A DNA stretch of 64,000 bases from Okamejei kenojei (GCA_035221665.1 CM069137.1:35836001-35900000), one strand, 5' to 3'. Shown: positions 1 to 13,727, counted from the first letter of the stretch. Notes: a model not told the origin generated them from the sequence alone. A program made the numbers and translations.

Positions 1-1767
1 ACAAAGACACATGTCGCTTGTGGCAGGGATTTCATACCATCACTGACTACAAGCCTCCCCCACTGCGGATATGCCAAAACGACCCCTCTCTACCAGATGA
101 ACTGAACGAGTTCTATGCACGGTTTGAAGTTAAAAACAGCACCCAGACACGTGCACTACTGCCATCTCCCAGTGACAGTCACTCAGGCTGTCCGCAGCCG
201 GAGTTAAAAAGGCCTTTGCCAGCATCAACCCACACAAAGCCATAGGGCCGGACAACATTCCTGGATGCGTTCTAAGAGACTGCACCGAGCAACTGAAAGA
301 TGTCTTCACAGACATTTTTAACACCTCGCTCAGCCAGGCAGTAGTGCCCAACTGTCTTAAGAGTGCCACCATCGTTCCTGTCCCGAAGAAACCAAACCCA
401 GCCTGTTTTTCCACCAGTGGCTCTAACACCCATAGTAATGAAGTGTTTTGAGCGACTGGTTATGCAGCATATCAAAAATAGCCTACCTGCTGACCTAGAC
501 CCACTGCAGTTCGCCAACAGAGCCAACCGATCCACAGAGGACGCAGTCTCAACAACACTGAACCTCGTACTGCCACACCTTGATCAGATAAATACTTATG
601 CCAGGATCCTCTTCATAGACTTCAGCTCTGCTTTTAACACAATCATTCCGCAGCAGCTGGTGGAGAAGTTGGAGTTATTGGGGGTTGATGCTGGCACATG
701 TAACTGGGTCCTGAACTTTCTATCGCAATGGCAGCAGACAGTCAGGGTGGGCAGTAGGACATCAAAAACCATAGCCCTGAGCACTGGCTCGCCCCAAGGC
801 TGTGTCCTAAGCCCCCTGCTGTTTAGTCTGCTTACACATGTGCTGCTAGACTCAACAACAACTTCATCAACAAGTTCGCTGATGACACAACAGTGGTGGG
901 TCTCATCAGTGACAATGATGAGTCGGCGTACAGGATGGAGGTTCTCAACATGGGAAAAACAAAGGAGATGGTGGTTGACTTCAGGAGGGCGGGAAAACAA
1001 CGCCATACACCTCCGCACATCGATGGAGCTGATGTGGAAAGGGTCAGCAGTGTGAAGTTCCTAGGACTCCACCTGTCAGATGACCTGATGTCCACAACCA
1101 ATACCACAGCACTGGTCAAGAGAGTCCAGCAGCGACTACACCCTCTCCGAAGACTACGGAAAGCAGATCTCCCCACTGCACACCTACAAACTTTTTATAG
1201 GGGGACAATCGAGAGCACATTAACCTAGGGCATCACTTTCTGGTTCGGGAGCTGCAAGGCGTACAAACGCCACCAACTGGACAGGATTGTGAAGACCGCC
1301 AGCAGGATTATTGGTGCTCCACTCCCTTTCCTGCTGGACATATACAGGAAGAGATGTATCAGCAGAGCCATCTCCATCATCAAAGACCCCTACCACCCAT
1401 CGCATCACATATTCTCCATCCTGCCATCTGGGAAGAGGTACAGGAGCATCAGCTGCAAAACCAGCAGGATGCTCCTCAGCTTCTTCCCGCAGGCTATAAG
1501 ACTGATAAACGGACTTTGCCCCCTGCCAAAGTATCGCGCACCAAACACCAACCTGGTCACAGGTTCCACCAACCTGAAAGCAGAGCCATTGTCGTGCCGC
1601 TGCCGATTGGAACTCATGATATATGTTTTTTTATTTTTATTTCCATTTATTTTTTACTGCACACTGAATGGACACTGGTTAAGGAACGTTTTTTCGTTTC
1701 CTCTGGGTATGTAAGTACTCAGGAAAAATTATAATAAAGATATACAATACAATACAATACAATACAA
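1..1767 (+). mobile_element. Rex1/Babar-clade non-LTR retrotransposon, 3' part (RT and C-terminus, frameshifted)
   Basis: ORF pieces with [40 protein letters not shown] (~872), [20 protein letters not shown]; AATAAA followed by a (TACAA)n tail at 1742-1767. Runs off the window start. Confidence 0.9.
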
Positions 1768-1795
1768 GAATGGAGGAAAGGTTTGAGAAACTATG

Positions 1796-2330
1796 TCAAC
1801 CAGTCATTCCTTTAGTCAATGAAAAGCAACTTGACATGGGTGTTCTTACTGTCAAGGTGATCCAGAGCTGAATGCAATGCAAGGAAGATGGTATCCTTTG
1901 CTGTGTCTTTTTCTTGTACGCATATTGAAAGGGGTCTCGATTGTTCAGGAGCCTGGTGCAGATGTGGGCCATTGCCATTCTTTCAAAGCTTCATTATGGC
2001 CGATGCGTGAGCTACTGGGTGTTGTCATTTAAACAGGCCAATTAGTCGACTTGGAGACTGGAATGGTGGAGGTTGGCGAAGTCCGCGGCTAGTTGATCAG
2101 CACATGAATTCAAAAATTGTTCAGTGACTCCATCCCAGCACGCTGTTTTCTGGGAGTTTCCCCTTGAGAAAGCTGATCTTACTCCTGCCATTGTGATGTA
2201 TTGAACAGAGGTAGCAAGGGATGGGGACAGGTTTTTGATGGCACTGTTTCTGTGCTCAAAATGGGGAGAGAAGGCAAGGATATGATCCGGTAGAGAAGCA
2301 TCATTAAAAGAGATCACTCCTGATTTTGGC
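1796..2330 (-). mobile_element. Older degenerate Rex1/Babar-like LINE fragment
   Basis: Minus-strand translations DPFQYAYK and DGVTEQFLNSCADQLAADFANL parallel the RT N-terminal motifs of the adjacent element. Confidence 0.6.
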
Positions 2331-3691
2331 TTCTTACTGGTGATGGTATTGTTTTGGCTTCAAGGCCTCTGGCTTGTTTTGGAATTTACTCTTAGCATCT
2401 CTGACAGCCTTACAGAGGTCATACTGGGCCTTCTTGCACAGTTCGGAGGTCATCCTTCTTGTAAGCCTCAGGTCTGGACTTTATTACAGAGTGAAACTCT
2501 CTGTTCCACCAAGGTTTCTGGTTGGGATGGACTCAAATTGTCTTTGTTGGAACAAAGACATCAACATATTTATTGATGAAACTGAAGTATACGCACTCAG
2601 GCTGGATTTATGATCTTGAGCATGTTGCTTTTCACTGACTGAAGACATACCTAAAGTAGATCCTCAGCCTTCTCAGACCACTGTTATATTTTATCATGCA
2701 TAAGACAATTAGAGGCATCAAATTATTTATTTTGTTAATTTTAATTTCTTCATGTCTTAATTTCTGCTTGTATTAGAAAAGTAATGTTTTGAACACATCA
2801 TCCCACTGACTAAAAAAAAATAAACTGCTGGCAGCATATCGAGCAGCATTTGTGGAGGGAAAGGAACTGTTGCTATTTTGATTTTTTTTGTTTGATTGTC
2901 CTTTTCTTTGCAGATTACAGCATCTACTGTCTCTTGTGTCTTCATTACTCTTGTAAGTACAAGGCCACCCGGGGTGGATTTTATGGCTGAGTTTTTGTGG
3001 GTCTTTTACTTATTATCCACCATCACATTTGGTAGAAACTCCTGAATAACTGGATATTCTCAATTTATTTGAGCTGCTCTTGATTACTGACGTCAGTTAT
3101 GTGAGAAGATCGGAAGAACCTGTGTAAATTCCAGTCCTTTATAATCTATGCTTTGATTTTAACATCTGAATACACATTCAACTGCATACTGCTTCCTCAA
3201 TGCGGACAGAATTCAGCCTACATTTAATATCTATTGACTGGGAGTTTATTCTAATTATTTGACATTTCCTAAATGTGCAAAAGGACAAAATATTAGCATG
3301 TCAATTTTAAAGTGCCACATGCATTTTACAAAGAAATTGGTTACTTGCTTCTAAAAGAACACTTGCAGTCGCTTCTGCCTCCAATTTGCTTCCAAAGATT
3401 CATAAACATTAGAATATTAATTGAAGAAATGCCATCAAAGAAACATTAATTTTCTTTCTCTTTCCATTAATGCTGCCTTGCATGCTGACTACCTCAGGCC
3501 TTTGATTATTTACTTCAAATTTCCTGCATCTGCAGTATTTTACTTTCCCATGGCATTTAGTTTGGGTGCACAGACCCTATTTAGAGGGAGTGTAAAAGAT
3601 GGGTCCAAAACGCCACAATCGGCAGGAACTGGAGAAGCCAATTCAGCCATTCAAGCTTGCTTTATCATTCAATAGGACCAATGAATGGTAG

Positions 3692-4060
3692 AGTGGCACA
3701 GTAGCATAGCTGGTGGAGCTGATGCCTCACAACTCCAGAGCTCCCGGTCTCATTCCTGACCTTGGGTTGCTGTATGTATAAAGTTGGCACAAGTTCTCCT
3801 GGTGATTGCATTGATTTCCTCTGGGCGTTCCGGTTTCCTCCTTCATCCCAAAGACATGCAGGTAAGTAGGTTAATCTGTTTCTGTAAATTGCCCCAAGGC
3901 AATTTTGGATGAGGGGCAGAATCAGGGGGGAGCTGATGAGAATGTAGGGAGAATAAAAACATTGGGAATAATGTAGGGTTAGTATAAATGCTTGATGTTC
4001 GGTGAGTACACGGTGGGCTGAAGGGCCTGTTTCCATGCTGTATCTCACTGTGACCATCTC
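3692..4060 (+). mobile_element. tRNA-derived V-SINE (HE1-like)
   Basis: tRNA-like head, V-domain-like core (TTCTCC..GTG...TTTCCTCTGGGCGTTCCGGTTTCCTCC) and 3' GGGCTGAAGGGCCTGTTTCCATGCTGTAT tail shared with LINE 3' ends in this window. Confidence 0.75.
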
Positions 4061-4892
4061 TCTGAGGATCATGGATGGTATAACATGCCTCATCCACTTT
4101 TCTGTCCTTTCCCCATAACCCTTGATTCCCTTACACATCAAAATTCTAACTCGGCTTTAAATCTACCCAAGAGCTCCCCCCTACAGAGCTCCGTGAAAAG
4201 AAGTTAAAACCCGACGAGGGAAGAAATTCTTCATCAATTAGACTAAAGCGGGCATTTTTTAAATTCTGAGATCATGCCCTTTGGATCTGGATGCTCCATG
4301 AGAGGATCCAACCTTTCAGCATTTACCCTGTCTAGTTTCTATAAGATCACCCTTGAATCTCAACCTGTAGGACAAGCCCTCTACACTTTGGTTTATGCTC
4401 ATGATTATCCACTTCTTTGAACCATTTCCAATAAAATAAAATGTTTCTTTATATATGGCGATCAAAACTGTTTGTAGTCTTTTCGACAGTCACCATGGTG
4501 CCTCGTACCATTGTAATAATGTTTCATGTGCATTTATATGTTGACTTTCTGTGTTTTATGCATAAGGACACCTTAATCCCTTTGTACTGCAACTTCCTAC
4601 ACTTTTTCTCAGTTTTAATAACATTTTGTTCTATTCTTCTTCATATTTGTAACTAGTTTGTCAACATATTGCTCACTCACATTTCCTATCAAATCTTTCT
4701 GCAAACTGTTTGCATCCTCCTTGCAGTTTGTCACATATTTCTGTGTACTGATTACATCTGTCTATCATACTTTTACTTTCTTCTGGTCGCCCAAATACAG
4801 CTATCCCTTCTATCCACTCCCTCAAAAAGCCAATAAATTTATTGGACATAATTTCCTCTTCATGAACTTAGAACATAGAACATGAGTGACTC

Positions 4893-5205
4893 AGTGGCAC
4901 AGAGGTCGAGCTGCTGTTTTTTTCAACACCAGAAACATGGGTTGAATCCTGAATATGGGTACTCGCTGTGTGGAGTTTGCACATTCTCCCTGTGATCGTG
5001 TGGGTTTTCTCCAGGTGCTCTGGTTTCCTCCCCATTCCAAAGATTGCAGGTTTGTAGGTTAATTGGCTTCAGTACCTCGCCCCTGGTATGTAGAATGCAA
5101 AAGTGGGATAACATTAAACTAGTGTGCAGGTGATCAATGGTTGGCAGGGACTCTGTGGGCTTAAGGTCCTGGGTCCACACTGCATCTCTGAAGTAAACTA
5201 AACAT
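4893..5205 (+). mobile_element. tRNA-derived V-SINE (HE1-like)
   Basis: GTGTGGAGTTTGCACATTCTCCCTGTGATCGTGTGGGTTTTCTCCAGGTGCTCTGGTTTCCTCCC core; TAAAC-repeat tail. Confidence 0.8.
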
Positions 5206-5420
5206 AGCAAAATACAGCACAAGAAAATGCACTTCAGCCCATCATGTCTGTAATAACCATGATTCCAATAAGAAGTAATCCCATCTGCTTACAAAAGATA
5301 TATATATGTGTGTGTATAGAGAAATATAAGGTACCACAAACACCCCATTGTAATGAATAATGCTGCAGATAAATCATTTATAAGCAATGATTCTATCAGT
5401 ATGTATATATAATGTCTAGG

Positions 5421-5421
<1 letters not shown>

Positions 5422-5453
<32 letters not shown>
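5422..5453. repeat. (TA)n microsatellite
   Basis: Perfect TA run read directly. Confidence 0.9.
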
Positions 5454-5458
<5 letters not shown>

Positions 5459-6164
5459 TGAACTTTTTTTCTCATTTATTATATTGTTTACAATGTACTA
5501 TGTTTACATATTCAGTTGTTCTGCAGCAAGTAAGGATTTCATTGTTCTATCTGGGACATATGACAATAAAACACTCTTGACTTGATGGTAAATGCTTTCT
5601 CTGCAGCATTATTCATTGCAATGGGATGTTTGTGGTATCTTTATAATTACATTTGGATGAGGTTAGCACAAAGCAGACTATATCAAATATTCATTACATT
5701 TACATTGCCCGCAGACTTTTGCTTCTGGGCTTCTGCAGTTTGCAGTGGCTGGGGAACCATTTCACCACTATATTCTCTCCAGGGGTTCACGGTTCTGTGT
5801 CAACAGACCAAGCTAATCAATGTTTTAATCAATCAGATTGAAGAATTGTCTTTCCTGCATACAGAGTTTAAACTAGGACGTTGTAAGTTAATATGGTTAA
5901 ATTCTGTTAAATTATCTTTGGAAAGCAAAATTAAGAGTAGGCCATAACACTGGAATATTGAAAGAGATAGAAACAGCTAGGTTATTAAAAAAAAAATCAT
6001 AATTTTAAAACTAAACAATAATTATTGTACAAAGTCTTTCTACACTTGTAAAGACATTGCCGCCCCCCCCCCCCCCACCTGTGAATCAAGGGTCGCACAA
6101 GTAAACGATCACCGTTCGGAATAAGTAGCTGATGATTCATATTTATAAAGTATTTTTACAAAAC

Positions 6165-7195
6165 AGCACAAAGTGCTGGAGTTACTCAATGGCTCAGGCA
6201 GCATCCCTGGAAGACATGGATAGATGACGTTTTATGTTGGGATGCTTCTTCAGACCGATTACATTAGTGGGGAGAAGGCTGGAAAAAATAGAAAGCCTGG
6301 CAAGTGAAAGGGGGATACAGAAGACGGAGGGTTTTATTGGCAGAAGGATGGACAAAGACTAGAGATAAAAAGATGAGACAAGAAATAGAGTGAAATGTGA
6401 AGCCAGTGTAAGGGATATGGGTGGAAGGGGATGGGGCAGTGTTGGGGGAGGAAGGAAGAAGGGGTAAGTGGGGCGGGGTAGATGAGAGGAATAGGTGTGC
6501 ACCTGGGTGGAAGATGGGAAGGATGGAGGCGGGGAGGAGAGAGGTAAGAGGGGTGGTCCATTATCCATACCTTTAGGCTGTACGTTACCCAAGAAGAATA
6601 CGAAGTGCTGTTCCTCCAATTTGCATGCGGCCTGATGAACGAATCAAGGAGTTGTGGAGGGAATGGTCTCTGTGGAAAGTGCAAATGGATGAGGATGGAG
6701 GGTGTGACTTGTAGTGGGATCACATCGAAGGTAGCGGAATTGTCAGAGAAATGTGTTGGATGCACCATTCTCTGTCATTTCCGCCACCTTCAACGTGATC
6801 CCACCACCAATCTCCCATCCCCACCACTTTCTGCAGAGACCACGCCCTTTGCGGCTCCTTGGTCTCCTCATCACTTATAGCCCTTCATCTGGCTTCACAT
6901 TCCACTCCTCTTCTCTCCTTATCTTACACCCTTTGTCTCCTTTTCATCACTACCCATTGTCCACCCATCTGCCATTCAACATCCCCTTCACCCACATCCA
7001 CCTATCAGGCAGGCTTCGTCCAACCCCCCAGCTCTTTTCCAGCTTTCACCATCCTACCAGAATCTGTCTGAAGAAGGGTCCCGACCTGAAATGTCACTTA
7101 TCCATGTCCTCCAGAGGTGCTGCCTGACCTGCTGAGTTACTCCAGTACTTTGTTAATTTGTCTGGTAAACCAGCAGCTGCAGTTCCTTCTTTTTC
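6165..7195. mobile_element. Degenerate Penelope-like remnant with inverted pseudo-LTR ends
   Basis: Left end (GCTGGAGTTACTCA...CTTCTTCAGAC) is the inverse of the right end (CTGAAGAAGGGTCCCGACCTGAAATGTC...TTACTCCAG); internal EEQHFVFFLG (-) and HFRHLQRDPTT (+) match the Penelope ORF at 17228-18958. Confidence 0.75.
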
Positions 7196-7525
7196 CAATA
7201 TTTAAAGTTGTAAGGAAAGAAAGTTCTATGCCAGAAAAGTTGTTTGCAATAACTGAAAAATGTTATCCTTATAAATTCACACAAGCAAAAAAGAATGGGC
7301 CTTAGGTTCAGAAGAAAGGTCCCGTCTTGAAACATTGCCTGTTATTCCTTCTACAGACACTGCCTACCGCATTGAGTTCCTCCAGCATTTTGTGTTTGTT
7401 TTTCAAGATCCCAGCATCTGCAGACCCTTGTGTCGCCTAGGTTCTTCTTTTGTATTTTCACAGCCGTTGCGGATCCGGATCCGCCCCATTCCTACTCCCA
7501 GAGCGGGGCCAAGGCGATTGGTGAT

Positions 7526-7679
7526 AGACACAAAATGCTGGAGTAACTCAGTGGGACCGGCAGCATCTCTGGAGAGAAGCAATGGGTGACGTTTCGGGTC
7601 TTCAGACTGAAGAAGAGTCTTGACCCGACACATCATCCATTCCTTCTCTCCAGAGATGCTGCCGGTCCCGCTGAGTTAC
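7526..7679. mobile_element. Short palindromic Penelope-terminus derivative
   Basis: GTAACTCAGTGGGACCGGCAGCATCTCTGGAGAGAAG ... CTTCTCTCCAGAGATGCTGCCGGTCCCGCTGAGTTAC inverted arms; right arm cut by a CR1 tail. Confidence 0.75.
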
Positions 7680-8271
7680 ATAGAAACATAGAAACATAGA
7701 AAATAGGTGCAGGGGTAGGCCATTCAGCCCTTTGAGCCTGCACCACCATTCAATATGATCATGGCTGATCATCCAACTCAGTATCCTGTACCTGTCTTCT
7801 CTCCATACCCCCTGATCCCTTTAGCCACAAGGGCCACAATTAACTCACTCTTAAATATAGCCAATGAACTGGCCTCAACTACCTTCTGTGGCAGATAATT
7901 CCAGAGACTCACCACTCTGCGTGAAAAATGTTCTCCTCATCTCGGTCCCAAAGGAACTCCCCCTTATCCCTAGACTGTGACCCCTTGTTCTGGACCTCCC
8001 CAACATCTGGAACAATCTTCCTGCATCTAGCCTATCCAACCCCTTAAGAATTTTGTAAGTTTCTATAAGATCCCCCCTCAGTCTTCTAAATTATAGCGAG
8101 TACAAGCCAAGTCTATCCAGTCTTTCCTCATATGAAAGTTCTGACATCCCAGGAATCAGTCTGGTGGACCTTCTCTGTATCCCCTCTATGGCAAGAAGGT
8201 CTTTCCTCAGATTAGGAGACCAAAACTGTACGCAATACTCCAGGTGTGGCCTCACCAAGACCCTGTACAAT
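7678..8271 (-). mobile_element. CR1-like LINE 3' end
   Basis: (CATAGAAA)n tail on +; near-identical to 13774-14427 and to the reverse complement of the 3' half of 34290-35335. Confidence 0.85.
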
Positions 8272-10002
8272 CAGCAACATCCCCCCACTTATCACTCTTT
8301 GTGACATTTTAGTATTTGCAGAATGATTCCTTGGTATGCCTGTCAAATATTACAAAGTATTTCTCAGATTGAACAAGGTGCAAAATATGTGACTTTAAAT
8401 TAATTCTTGACTATTTACATTCGTATGGAATTGGCCTAAAATCATGAAAAATGTGGTATTTTTATTGGTAAATTCTTGGGCTTCTTTTTCATGCCTTGAA
8501 AATTATATTGTGGATCTATTATCAAACACATCGGCAAGAGGGCCAAGAAAGTTTGTCTTTCCTACAGATTAATAAAAATGTGTACAAACAAGATGTGATA
8601 ATGATTGAGGAAAAATAACTTAGTCAGAGTGCAGAAGAAAAGGAACTTTATTAAAATTCAAGGTCTGTGATTTTTTTTGTCTTGTTCAGTCTACTAAATC
8701 AGGAATGTATATTGCTGCTTAATACAGAATCTCTGCTTTTATTTTTAGATCTCTTGTGTTCTTAATAATATTGATCAACTGTTTTGTTGTTTCCTTGTAC
8801 CCCTTCCACTTTGGTGCAAGGATGAGTTTAGACAGCAAATTATGAGAATCTATTTATACATTAGTCTCACTTTGGTAGATTTTTTTTTAATTTTGAGGTG
8901 GATGGATCCTAAAATGTTATCTTTCTGTTCACCACTAGGTTGTGCAAATACACTGTCAAGTGAAGTGATTTCTGGTCAAAACTAGGTGTTATGTAATTAC
9001 AAAATTGTTTTAGTTCTTACATAGACTTTACAGCACACAAAATACCCCATTCCACCTAGCCTAGGTAAGTACTGGGGTTTATGTTCTACCAAAATCTTTG
9101 CTACCTTATATTATCTCATCCTATCAATATATCCTTCAGCTGTTCAAATACTTTTATAACTTCCTCTTATGTTATCTAACCAAAGTAGTAGTAAAAAGAG
9201 TAATTACTCTACAAATCTGATGCGTAAACAGACAATTCTAAAAATACTGAGAATGTCTGGAAGCATATGTGGAGAGGGAAGCATTGTGTGAGGTCAACGA
9301 TCTTCCATTATAACAGACGTTCATCAGGTTTGCTTTGAGGTCCAATTAACTATATTTTGGAAGGGACATTCACTTGCTAGTATACATAGGACAGATATTC
9401 TGACCAGAGGCCAAGGCTAAGCCATTTTTTTGCAGATGTCCTAGTTTGCAGTCTTGGTTTCAAGTTCTTCTCTAAGTACTCCAACTCAGCAATAACAAAA
9501 CCTCAAAGCCTTGCCTATCCATGTACCTAAGTGTATTTTAAATGTTGTAAATGAACCTTCCTCTTGAAGCTCATTCCATATACCCACCACCTCTGTCTGA
9601 AAAGTTTGCTCCTCAGGAATCTTTCTTTTCTCACCTTAAACCTATGCCCTTTAATTTTTCACGCCCCCACCATGGGAACAAGACTGTGGCAGTTCACTTT
9701 ATTTATACCCCCCATGATTTTAAATACCTCAAAAATGTAATCCCTCAGTCTCCTCCACTCCAGGGAAAAAGACCCACCCAATCCAGACTGTCCTTATAGC
9801 TCAAAGTCTCCAGGTTAAATAACATCCTTAGAAATCATTTTTGTAATCTTTCCAGTTTTAATAATTAAGTTTTCTTTATTTCTTGATAGGTCCCAATTAT
9901 TTGGAATTAGTGTAAATGCTAATGATATAAATCTGTCAATAACAGTGAAGGTTTGGTCATCCAGTGAGCCTCGATGTGTGGCCTGACCTGTTGTTGAAGC
10001 TA

Positions 10003-10952
10003 AGATAGAAACAAAATGGTGCAGTAACTCAGTAGGAAAGGCAGCATCTCTGGAGAAAAGGAATGGATGACTTCAGGTTGAGACACTTCTTCAGACAGTG
10101 AGTCATGGGAGAGGAAGTCTAGAGATATGGAAGTATGAAAATGACAGTTCAAAGCAAATGCAGATAAGGAAATATAGAATGGTTAATTGTTAGCTATGGG
10201 GAAGGTGACAATGCGGCGTGCAATCAATAATATTAAATCAGGTGGACAGTAGAGCTAGTCGGAGAACTAGGATGGGGAGGGATGGAGAGAGAGGGAAAGC
10301 AAGGGTTACTTGAAGTTAGAAATCAACAAATTCATGGTGCTGGGTTGTAAGAGAAATCAACAAATTCATAGTGCTGGGTTGTAAGCTGCCCAAGTGAAAT
10401 ATGAGGTGCTGTTCCTCCAATTTGTATTGGGCCACACACTTACACTGGAGCAGGCCCAGGACAGAAAGATCAGTATGAGAATGGGAGGGGGAGGTAAAAT
10501 GTTTAGCAATGGGGAAATCACATAGGCTTAGGCGGACTGAACAGAGGTGTTCAGCAAAATGATCACAGAACATGTGCTTGGTCTTCCCAATATATTAGAA
10601 CCACACTGGAACAGCAGATATAGTAGATAAGGTTGGAGATGCAAATTAACCCCTGCCTCACCTGAAAGGACTGTCAGAGTCCTTGGATGGAGTTGAGGGA
10701 GGAGGTATAGGGACAGGTGTTGCATCTCCTGTGGTTGCAGGGGAAATTACCTGGGGAAGGGATGGTTTAGGTGGGAATGTTGGTTACCCTTCCATATCTC
10801 TAGACTTCCTCTCTCATCACTTACAGTCTGAAGAAGGGTCTCGACCTGAAATGTCACCCATTCCTTCTCTCCAGAGTCTGTCTCGCTGAGTTACTCCAGC
10901 ATTTTGTGTCCATCTTCGGTGTGAACCAGCATCTGCAGCTCTTTCCTACACA
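10003..10952 (-). mobile_element. Penelope-like remnant (GIY-YIG region) with inverted termini
   Basis: FAEHLCSVR...KLEEQHLIFHLGSLQP on -, flanked by inverted pLTR ends; right end keeps the CCAGCATCTGCAG tail. Confidence 0.8.
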
Positions 10953-11094
10953 CAGCTGTTAAAGCTGGTGGTTTGTACGGACAGTGTGCCTGCACTATAG
11001 TTCACACACTGTTGTGCTGGGAGCAAGGCTCCAGAGGAATACAATGGAAGAAACAGCATAATTCAGGTGCTGAAAATTACATGAATTGTCTTTA

Positions 11095-11395
11095 TTTTAG
11101 TTTACTTTAGAGATACAGCATGGAAATAGTCCCTTCGTTCCATCGAGTACACGTCGACCAATGATCATCCCATACACTAGAACTATCCTACACATTTGGG
11201 ACAATTTACATAAGCCAATTAGCCTACAAACCTGTACAACTTTGGAATGGGGGAGGAAACCTGGAGTACCCTGAAAAAAACCCCACGTGGTCATAGGGAG
11301 AATATATAAACTCCATACAGACAGCACCAATTGCCAGGATCGAACCTGGTTCTCTGGTGCTGTAAAGGCAGCAAATCTACCACTGCGCCTCTGTA
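11095..11395 (-). mobile_element. tRNA-derived V-SINE (HE1-like)
   Basis: Reverse complement of the V-SINE head, core and tail seen at 4893-5205. Confidence 0.75.
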
Positions 11396-11689
11396 TCACA
11401 CAGATCTTCAGACTTGATTACTCCAGGGCACTCCTGGTTAGCCCACCTATTTTCCTCTTCACAAACATGAGAGTCATCCAAAGCGCTGCTGCCTGAGTCC
11501 ACACTTGCACCAAATGCTGCAAATTCATCCTCTGTGACTGCAAACCTACACTGGTCTTTAAATAAACAATTCCTCAATGTTAAAGTTATTTTCCTTCTTT
11601 CCAAATTCTTCCATGACCTCATCCTTCTACGGCTGTGTAATCTCATTCAGCCATTTAGCCCACTGAGATATATCTGCTCCAGTACATTT

Positions 11690-12428
11690 AGTTGCAAATT
11701 CAAAAGAGTTTATTGTCATGTGTCCCTGACAGGACAATGAAATTCTTTTTTTGCATAGCACAACAGAACATAGTAGGCATTGACTACGATTATATACTTA
11801 AATACACACATCAATTAATAAATTAATAAAGTGCAAATAACAGATGGAGGGGTATTAATGTTCAGAGTTTTGTCCGAGCCAAGTTTAATAGCCTGATGGC
11901 TGTGGGGAAGTAGCTATTCCTGAACCGGGTTGTTGCAGTTCTCAGGCTCCTGTACTTTCTAGCCGAAGGTAGCAGGGAGATGAGTGTGTGGCCAGGGTGG
12001 TGTGGGTCCTTGATGATGCTGCCAGCCTTTTTGAGGTAGCGACTGTGGTAGATCCCCTCGATGGAAGGAAGGTGAGAGCCGATTACGGACTGGGCAGTGT
12101 TTACTACTTTTTGCAGTCTTTTTTTCTCCAGGGCACTCAAGTTGCCGAACCAAACCAAGATGCAACCGGTCAGCAAGCTCTCTACTGTGCACCTATAGAA
12201 GTTAGAGAGAGTCCTCCTTGACAGACCGACTCTCCGTAATCTCCTCAGGAAGTAGAGGCGCTGATGAGCTTTCTTAATAATTGCATCTGTGTTCTCAGAC
12301 CAGGAAAGATCTTCACAGATGTGCACGCCCAGGAATTTGAAGCTCTTGACCCTTTCAACCATCGACCCGTTGATATAAACAGGACTGTGGGTCCCCATCC
12401 TACTCCTTCCAAAGTCCACAATCAGTTC
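11690..12428 (-). mobile_element. Rex1/Babar-clade LINE, 5'-truncated 3' end
   Basis: Open frame ELIVDF...VERVKSFKFLGVHI...KKAHQRLYFLRRLR...IIKDPHHPGH...FRNSYFP, followed by a 3' UTR with AATAAA. Confidence 0.9.
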
Positions 12429-12456
12429 AATCAACCATGAACATTAAATACTTTAG

Positions 12457-12662
12457 GGTTACACAAAAAGCTGGAGAAACTCAGCGGGTGCAGCAGCATC
12501 TAAGAGGCGAAGGAGATAGGCGACGTTTCTATCTCCTATATGATGAAACGTCGCCTATCTCCTTCGCCTCTTAGATGCTGCTGCTTAGATCACCGCCCGC
12601 TGAGTTTCTCCAGCTTTTTGTGTAACCCTCGATTCTCCAGCATCTGCAGTTTCTTCGTTAAC
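12457..12662. mobile_element. Hairpin-only non-autonomous Penelope insertion with 16-bp TSD
   Basis: Two inverted copies of the pLTR terminus of the 16854-19286 family around a short loop; ACATTAAATACTTTAG at 12441-12456 and 12663-12678. Confidence 0.9.
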
Positions 12663-12892
12663 ACATTAAATACTTTAGCATTGGCAGCCTTGCGTTTAGT
12701 TGGCAAATCCTTTCATGCTGAATTCCCTTCCTGATAGTTTCTGCCTTTCTTTCCTTTTTTAAGATTATTCTTAAAATCTACAGCCTTGAATTTTCTATCC
12801 TATGTTTTTCCTGCACTGAAAAAGACACATCATCTTCCTTTTCATCTTAAGCTTTTGTCCATCTATTTACCAAATTATCCCCTTCCCCTACG

Positions 12893-13727
12893 CTGCACTC
12901 CCTCAATAGCATGAATGTCCTTCCTCAAATTAGGGCAGCAAAACTACCCACAATACTCCAGGAGATGTCTCACTAGGGCCTTGTGCAACTGCAGAAGGAC
13001 CTCTTTGCTTCTATACTCAGCTCCTCTTGTTATGAAGGCCAACATGCCATTCGCTTTCTTCGCTGCCTGCTGTACCTGCATGCTTACTTTCATTGACTGA
13101 TGAACAAGGACCCCCAGATCCTGTTGTACTTCCCCTTTTCCCAACTTGACACCATTTAGTTAATAAATGTCCTTCCTGTTTTTGCTACCAAAGTGGATAA
13201 CCTCACACTAATCCATATTAAACTGCATCTGCCATCCATCTGCCCACTCACCCAACCTGCCCAAGTCACCCTGCATTCTCATAGCATCCTCCTCAAAGTT
13301 CACACTGCCACCCAGATCTGTGTCGTCTGCAAATTTGCCAATTTTTACTTGTAATCCCTTCATCTATATCATTAATATATGTTGTTAGTAGCTGCGGTCC
13401 CAATATCATGCCATGCGGTACCCCACTGGTCACTGCCTGCCATTCTGAAAGGGACCCGTTATTCCCTACTCTTTGTTTCCTGTCAGCCAATCAATTTTCT
13501 ATCCATGTCAGCACTCTACCCCCAATCCCATGTGCCATAATTTTGCCTACTAATCTCCTATGTGGGACCTTATGAAAGGCTTTCTGAAAGTCCAGGTACA
13601 CTACATCCACTGGCTCTCCCTTGTCCATTTTCCTAGTTACATCCTCAAAAAATTCCAGAAGATTAATTAAGCATGATTTCCCTTTCGTAAGTCCATGCTG
13701 ACTCTGACTGATCCTGTTATTGCTACG
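12893..13727 (-). mobile_element. CR1-like LINE RT fragment
   Basis: QSQHGLTKGKSCLINLLEFFE...VYLDFQKAF, SGVPHG..LGPQL, VKKA-like/AKKANGML motifs. Confidence 0.9.
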
